Source: the human T2T-CHM13v2.0 reference genome, Homo sapiens. Taken from it: DNA of 64,000 nt. Positions within the stretch are counted from its first letter, which is position 1; every line of letters begins with the position of its first letter. Below the pieces are notes generated by a model that did no database searches, was not told the DNA's origin, and saw only the letters and a list, made by a program, of their open reading frames with translations. The stretch lies in the NCBI RefSeq assembly GCF_009914755.1, contig NC_060929.1. One strand, given 5' to 3'. Below are positions 57,464 through 64,000 of this stretch, in pieces. The translations under genes were made by a program, and so were the position numbers.

Positions 57464-59696
57464 CTGCCTGTGTATGGGCTTGTGGTTTAAATATTATTAT
57501 TTTTTGGTTTATTGGAAGTGCTTCTTTTTATCAAATACTCCCCTTTTTTTGTGTGTGTTCATTTTGCACTGTAAAAATTTTTTCATAGATTGTAATTTGA
57601 TGAGGAACTTAGTCCATTTTGAGCACACAATAAATATTTAATAAAATACTTGGAGCAAAAATAAAATTTACATATTTTTGAATGCTCCTTTTATGTCCAT
57701 AGTTGTATAGACAATGATTAATTCATCAAGATTATAAGAAGTAACTTGTCACCTGAGAGGTAGTTCTGGACATATAATTTATATGTTTTTTCCATAGTGA
57801 TAAGAAATTTTTAGTTTACTGAGAACATTCTATCACTTGAAGTCTTGGGATGGGTCATCTGACTTAATCTCCCTTTTAACACACAACTTCTAAAACATAG
57901 TCACTTTTAGAGCTTTCAATTTCTTATTTATTTGAATTGTCAATAAGATCTGGATATACTTTAAACCTAATGTAAAATGCTTGTATTTTTATTATGTGGA
58001 CAAACTCATTAACTATGTCTTGCAAATGTTATTAGATATTATAAATGAAGCATGCAGAGCTACCTGTGTATGTGTGCTGGATGAGGTCTTACTGGAAAAC
58101 TGACTTGCAAAGTAATTGAGATAAATAATCTAAAGGACTTACTTGATCACAGCACACCACAGTATGTGGTAAAAATAAATACATTTTAAGAAACACACGC
58201 ACGTATTAACTCCTTTTTAATGCTAAGGACATGGCATCAGTTTGTGTGTCAGGATAATGGGGAAAAGAACCAAAAGGATTTGGTATGCAAATATTAAGGC
58301 CAAGAATGATGACATTATTCAAGTACACTGTTATGTTATATGACATTCATAATCTATTACTTAAAAAGATTGTATGAGAATTCAGGAAAGATTTTCAGAC
58401 ACTGATATTAGTTTCAAAAAGAAAAGAAGTATGCAGTAAAGACAGTAACTAAAACCAATGTCACTTCCCATATATTAAAATCTGTATTTCCGAGGACATT
58501 CAGAGAATATTTCTTAATGAAATATTTGATTTGAAATTTTGCATAGGTTAACTACACCAGAAACAATTTTAAAAATTGATATAGATAAATAAGTAGATAC
58601 AGATGATTTGATAGGTGGCTATTATGTATAAAATAGTGTACATATACTGGATTGCATAAATGGTTATCTAAATTATTTTAAAATAGAGCTTTTTCTATCC
58701 TTATAGCCAAGTCTTTGTACAAAAGCAGATGATCTATTGGACTTAAAATGTCCTGAAGAATCACCAGTAGTTGTGTGGTTGATGGTGCAGTTAGTAGGCA
58801 CGTGGGTGAATGTGGTTTTTGCTAGATCCCCGGGTGAGTGGGACTGCCTCTGAGGCCAAAGTCTAGCAGGGCTGGAACCAGATCACAGGGCTGTTTCAAG
58901 GTCTGCAGTCAGGCAGCAGATGGAGGACCTCTCACCAGGGGCAAGGATGAGTGTGGCTCCCACCAATTAAAACATAACTAAATTCTTTTTCAAAGTGAGC
59001 TGAAGGACCTGCATCAGCATTTCTCACAATAAAACAAAAATCGTCAACAGGTATATTCAAAAATGCTCAAAGTCACTAATTATCAGAGAAATGCAAATAA
59101 TATCACAGTGTGATATCACCTCACACCTGTTACAGTGGCATTTGTTAAAAAGACAAAATGTAACAAGTATTGACTAGGATGTGGAGAACAGAGAACCCTT
59201 GTACACTTGATAGAAATGTAAATTGAGACAGCCACTATGAAAACAGTATGGAGTTTTCTCAAAATATTAAAAATAGAACTATCATATCATCCAGCAATCC
59301 AGCTTCTGGTTATGTATCTAAAGAATATAAAATCAGTATCTCAAAGAAATATCTGCATGCTCATGTCCATTGCAGCATTATTCACAATAAGCAAGGTATG
59401 AAAACAAGCTAAATATCTATTGACGGATGGATGAAAAAAGAAACTGTGATATATAGAGCTATCATATTATCCATCAATCCAACTTCTGGTTATGTATCTA
59501 AAGAATATAAAAATTAGTATCTCAAAGAGATGTCTGAATCCTCATGCCATTGCAGCATTATTCACAATAAACAAGGTATGAAAACAAGCTAAATGTCTAT
59601 TGATGATGGAAAAAAAACTGTGACCATGCATGTATATAGTCTCCCAGGTTCATTCAGGTTGTTGCTAATGACAGGATTTTCTTATTTATATATATA

Positions 59697-59730
59697 TTAT
59701 GTTGGTGCAAAAGTAGTTGTGTTTTTGCCA
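59697..59730 (+). mobile_element. Half MADE1 / solo Hsmar1-type TIR
   Basis: TTATGTTGGTGCAAAAGTAGTTGTGTTTTTGCCA versus recalled MADE1 TTAGGTTGGTGCAAAAGTAATTGCGGTTTTTGCCA. Sits in (TA)n. Confidence 0.8.
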
Positions 59731-60240
59731 CATATATATTTATTATACATATATGTCTTTTTATATATAAGTAGATATTATTCAGCCATAAAAATAAGAA
59801 AATCCTGCCATTATCCCCAAGATGGATGAACCTGGAGGATATTATGCTAAATTTATTGAGCCAGGCACAAAAAGACAAATATTGTATTAATATTATCTCA
59901 CTTGTATATGGAATCTAAAAAACTAGAACTTACACAAAAGTAGAGGGTAAAAAGGTGGTTGTCTGGGCTGAAGCTTGGAGGAAATGGGGAGATGTTAGTC
60001 AAAGGGTGTAAAAGTTCATTTTTTTTGTTTTGTTCTCTCCGCCACTCTGATCTTTAGACATTTCATTACAAAAATTTTCAAGCATACAGAAAATCTGAGT
60101 GCAATCAATAACCATCAGAGTTACAATAACCATCACTATTTTGTTTGTTTCATCAGTGCTTCTCCCCCACCCTCCATCTTTTTTACTTATTTTTTTTCTG
60201 TAGTAGTTTACAACAAATAGTTGATCTCATTTTACTTTAA

Positions 60241-62126
60241 TTATTTATTTATTTTTATTATCATGCTTTAAGTTCTGGGGTACATGTGCAGAATGCGCCG
60301 GTTTGTTACATAGGTGTGCATGTGCCATGGTGGTTTGCTGCATCCATCAACTCATCATCTACATTAAGTATTTCTCCTAATGCTATCCCTCCCTTAGCCC
60401 ACCACCCCCTGACAAGCCCCAGTGTGTGATGATCCCCTCCCTGTGTCTGTGTGTTCTCATTGTTCAACTCCCACTTATGAGTGAGAACACGCGGTGTTTA
60501 CTTTTCTGTTCTTGTTTTAGTTTGCTGGGAATGATGGTTTCCAGCTTCATCCATGTGCCTGCAAATGATATGAACTCAGTCTTTTTTATGGCTGCATAGT
60601 ATTCCGTGGTGTATATGTGCCACATTTTCTTTATCCAGCCTATCACTGATGGGCATTTGGGTTAGTTCCAAGTCTTTGCTATTGTGAACAGTGCTGCAAT
60701 AAACATATGTGTGCATGCATCTTTATAGTAGAATGATGTATAATCCTTTGGGTGTATACCCAGTAATGGGATGGCTGGGTCAAATGGTATTTCTAGTTCT
60801 AGATCCTTGAGGAATTGCCACACTGTCTTCCACAATGGTTGAACTAATTTACACTCCCAACAACAGTGTAAAAGCATTTCTGTTTCTCCACATCCTCTCC
60901 AGTATCTGTTGTTTCCTCACTTTTTAATGATCACCATTCTAACTGGTGTGAGATGGTATCTCATTGTGGTTTTGATTTGCATTTCTCTAATAACCAGTGA
61001 TGATGAGCTTTTTTTTTCATGTTTGTTGGCCACATAAATGTCTTCTCTTGAGAAGTGTCTGTTTATATCCTTTGCCCACTTTTTGATGGGGTTGTTTGTT
61101 TTTTTTCTTGTAAATTTGTTTAAGTTCTTTGAAGATTCTGGATATTAGACCTTTGTCAGATGGATGGACTGCAAAAATTTTCTCCCATTGTGTAGGTTGC
61201 CTGCTTATTCTGAGGATAGTTTCTTTTGCTGTGCAGAAGCTCTTTAGTTTAATTAGGTCCCATTTGTCTATTTTGGCTTTTGTTGCCATTGCTTTTGGTG
61301 TTTTAGTCTTGAAGTCTTTGCCCATGCCTGTGTTCTGAATGGTATTGCCTAGGTTTTCTTCTATGGTTTTTATGGTTATAGGTTTTACAATTAAGTCTTT
61401 AATCCATCTTGAACTAATTTTTGTATAAGGTGTAAGGAAATGGTCCAATTTCTGTTTTCTTCCTATGGCTAGCCAGTTTTCCCAGCAACATTTATTAAAT
61501 AGAGAGTCCTTTCCTCATTGCTTGTTTTTGTCAGGTTTGTCAAAGATCATATGGCTGTAGATGTGTGGTGCTATTTATGAGGTCTCTTTTCTGTTCCGTT
61601 GGTCTATATATCTGTTTTGCTACCAGTACCATGCTGTTTTGGTTACTGTAGCCTAGTAGTATAGCTTAAAGTCAGGTGGCATGATGCCTCCAGCTTTGTT
61701 CTTTTTGCTTCAGATTGTCTTGGCTATATGGGCTCTTTTTTGGTTCCATATGAAATTTAAAGTAGTTTTTTTCCAATTCTGTGAAGAAAGTCAGTGGTAG
61801 CTTGATGGGGATAGCATTGGATCTATAAATTACTTTGGGCATTATGGCCATTTTCACAATATTGATTCTTCCTATTCATGAGCATGGAATGTCTTTCCAT
61901 TTGTTTGAAGTCCTCTCTTATTTCCTTGAGCAGAGGTTTGTAGTTTTCCTTGAAGGGGTCCTTCACATCCCTTGTAAGTTGTAGTCCTAGGTATTATATT
62001 CTGTTTGTCGCAATTGTGAATGAGAGTTCACTTATGATTTGGCTGTCTGTCTTTTATTGGTGTATAGGACTGCTTGTGATTTTTGCACATTAATTTTGTA
62101 TCCTGAGAAATCTTAAGCTGATAAGC
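60241..62126 (-). mobile_element. 5'-truncated L1PA7-like (~1.9 kb) with micro 5' inversion
   Basis: L1PA7-type 3'UTR (TTCTGGGGTACATGTGCAGAA, CATGGTGGTTTGCTGCA), ORF2 frames, and sense-oriented AATCTTAAGCTGATAAGC at 62109-62126. Confidence 0.93.
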
Positions 62127-64000
62127 AAAAGTTCATTTTTACAAGATGAGTAAGTTCTGGAGCTCTAACATGGACCATGGTGACTATAGTTAACACTGTA
62201 TTATATTCACGAAATTTGTGAAGACAATTGCTCTTAAGTGTTCTCTGCACACACACAAGAATTGTAACTATGTGTGTAATGAATATGTTAATTGGCTTGT
62301 TTGTGGTAATCATTCCATTATGTACACATATATCACATCACATTGTATACCATAAATGCATAAAAATGTTGTATGTCAAGAATAGCTCAATAAAGCTGGG
62401 CAAAAAATAGGAAAAACAAATCACAACTAGCATTGTATATGCAAATTTGCAGTTCTAGATTCCCAGGTATCTTGAGCTCAGATATTGATTTTTTAGAAAT
62501 AATTTATTAGAATAATGAGATTTTTTATTACCACCAAATTGATCTAGACTAAAATGAAAGGCATAGAGAAAAGGAAGAATGAATATTAGCAAACATCTAT
62601 GTCTTTTAGAAGAAAGTCTGGTTATAAAATCTTAAAATCCATTAATCATTTAATAAGTTAAGAACAAATTAATTTTTTAGTAAATTATGAATCAAACATG
62701 TTTCTGTATAGTTGTTACCCAATAAAAAGAATGGTATTCAATAATTGCTATGTGTAAAATTCAGATAATTACTTGAGTATTAGTTCTAATTTAAAATATA
62801 AGTTCAAATAATTGAAACAAAAATTAGTACATAAATTTTGCATTTGACTTGGAAGATTTCTTGGCTCCAGGTGTATTTTACAACATATGCTCAGTAGATA
62901 TTTTTCTTCATACATTTTAAAACTAATGACCGCTATGTAATTCTTAATAGGTTTCAAAATATTGCAAATTACATATACACAAAAAAGCTTGCCTAAGCGG
63001 AGTTTAAGTTGTTATTTTTTCTTAAACATAGACAATATTGTCCATCTTCTAGCATCTAGTTATTCATTGCAACCCTCAAACAATTTATAAAGTCATTTTG
63101 GTAGATAGATAGGGTCCTTATTGCATATGAAAATATTCATTGTTAATCTAGAATAGTCTTAAACACTAATATTAATAGATTACTATTAAATATTATTATT
63201 CATACACTATTCTATGTGGTCACGGTGATCCCCAAATTATTGTGAGACCATTTACATAAATAATTAGTATAGAATTTTTCAAAAAGAACATCTTGCAATT
63301 TATTGGAGTGAATGTCAAAGCTTCCATGGTAAAAGAACATTCTTGTAACTATAAAATACTGAATTTAAACACTTTCTGACAGATTAGTGGAAAACTGCAG
63401 TGAAGATTAAATATTACCTTGGAATAAAATAATCAACTTAGTAATGATTGTTTACTTTTTCTTGAGTGGTTAATATTCATCACTTCCTATATTTCACATT
63501 CGACAACTGCTTATTTGGGGAGTATAATAAATTAGTATCATGATTACCCATAATGAAATGCTCTACCTTTTTAATCATTTTATTTTTTTCAATATATTAC
63601 CTAATAAATCAGAGCTGTTCAAAATGCAGTATCTCTAGGTTTTCTTTATTAGAATCCAAGCTGCCTCCTGTGGGGACTAGGATTTATTCTGGTTCCATAC
63701 ATATTGTTTTTTCCTATACCAAAATGTAAGGGATGAATAATAGAGATTTTAAGGTTGAGAATTTTGCCCCATTAGTCACTTCTTGTTTACTCACTTTCAC
63801 AGGCAGAGTTACATTAACTTTGTCTTGTTATCTGTCTTGACTCAGTAAGAATACAAAAGAACAAAGGGGCACTTTATCCTAAGAAGAGGAATAATCACGT
63901 TGGTGTTTATTACGAAAGATTGCTGTAGTTGTATCATAGAGAAGGGCAAGAAGACTGGGAGACACTTCCCGCGTCCATTAATAATATTAATTTAGAGAGT

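Larger units (their letters stand above)
58970..62420 (+). mobile_element. L1MA8-10-like 3' region, rearranged and split by L1PA7
   Basis: ORF2 end at 58970-59900. The 3'UTR ...CAAAGGGTGTAAAAGTTC resumes at 62127 AAAAGTTCATTTTTACAAGATGAGTAAGTTCTGGAG and runs to AATAAAGCTGG. Confidence 0.85.

Noticed and set aside
63965-63973. TTCCCGCG E2F-like site near the window end
   Set aside because: A single isolated motif with no CpG island or promoter context visible.

Overview
AT-rich, gene-poor hominoid (human-like) genomic DNA dominated by interspersed repeats: many L1 copies (L1PA3 to L1PA8, L1PB, L1MA/MC/ME), Alus (AluJ, AluSc, AluY, AluYe5-like), LTR elements (THE1B provirus, MLT1A/C, MLT2, MER50, MER51A, LTR16A), DNA transposon relics (MER47, Tigger1, half MADE1) and microsatellites. 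I find no intact protein-coding gene; the ORF track is mostly decayed L1, Alu and LTR sequence or chance frames. I also see no evidence of a new biological system. The most notable structures are retrotransposition events. (1) A 5'-inverted (twin-primed) processed retrocopy of the ARHGAP5 C-terminus and 3'UTR, with target-site duplications (TSDs), at 7.2-8.9 kb. (2) A four-level nest, L1PB > THE1B > L1PA8 > two Alus, at 31.5-40.7 kb. (3) An L1PA7 with both a ~210 bp 3' transduction and a ~18 bp 5' micro-inversion inside a perfect 14 bp TSD, at 60.0-62.1 kb. (4) A young AluY with no TSD at a probable deletion junction, at 52.9-53.2 kb. (5) A rearranged L1MA with tandem and inverted duplications around a solo Hsmar1 TIR, at 59.3-59.8 kb. 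Subfamily and gene names come from recalled consensus sequences, not database searches, and boundaries of old repeats are approximate.
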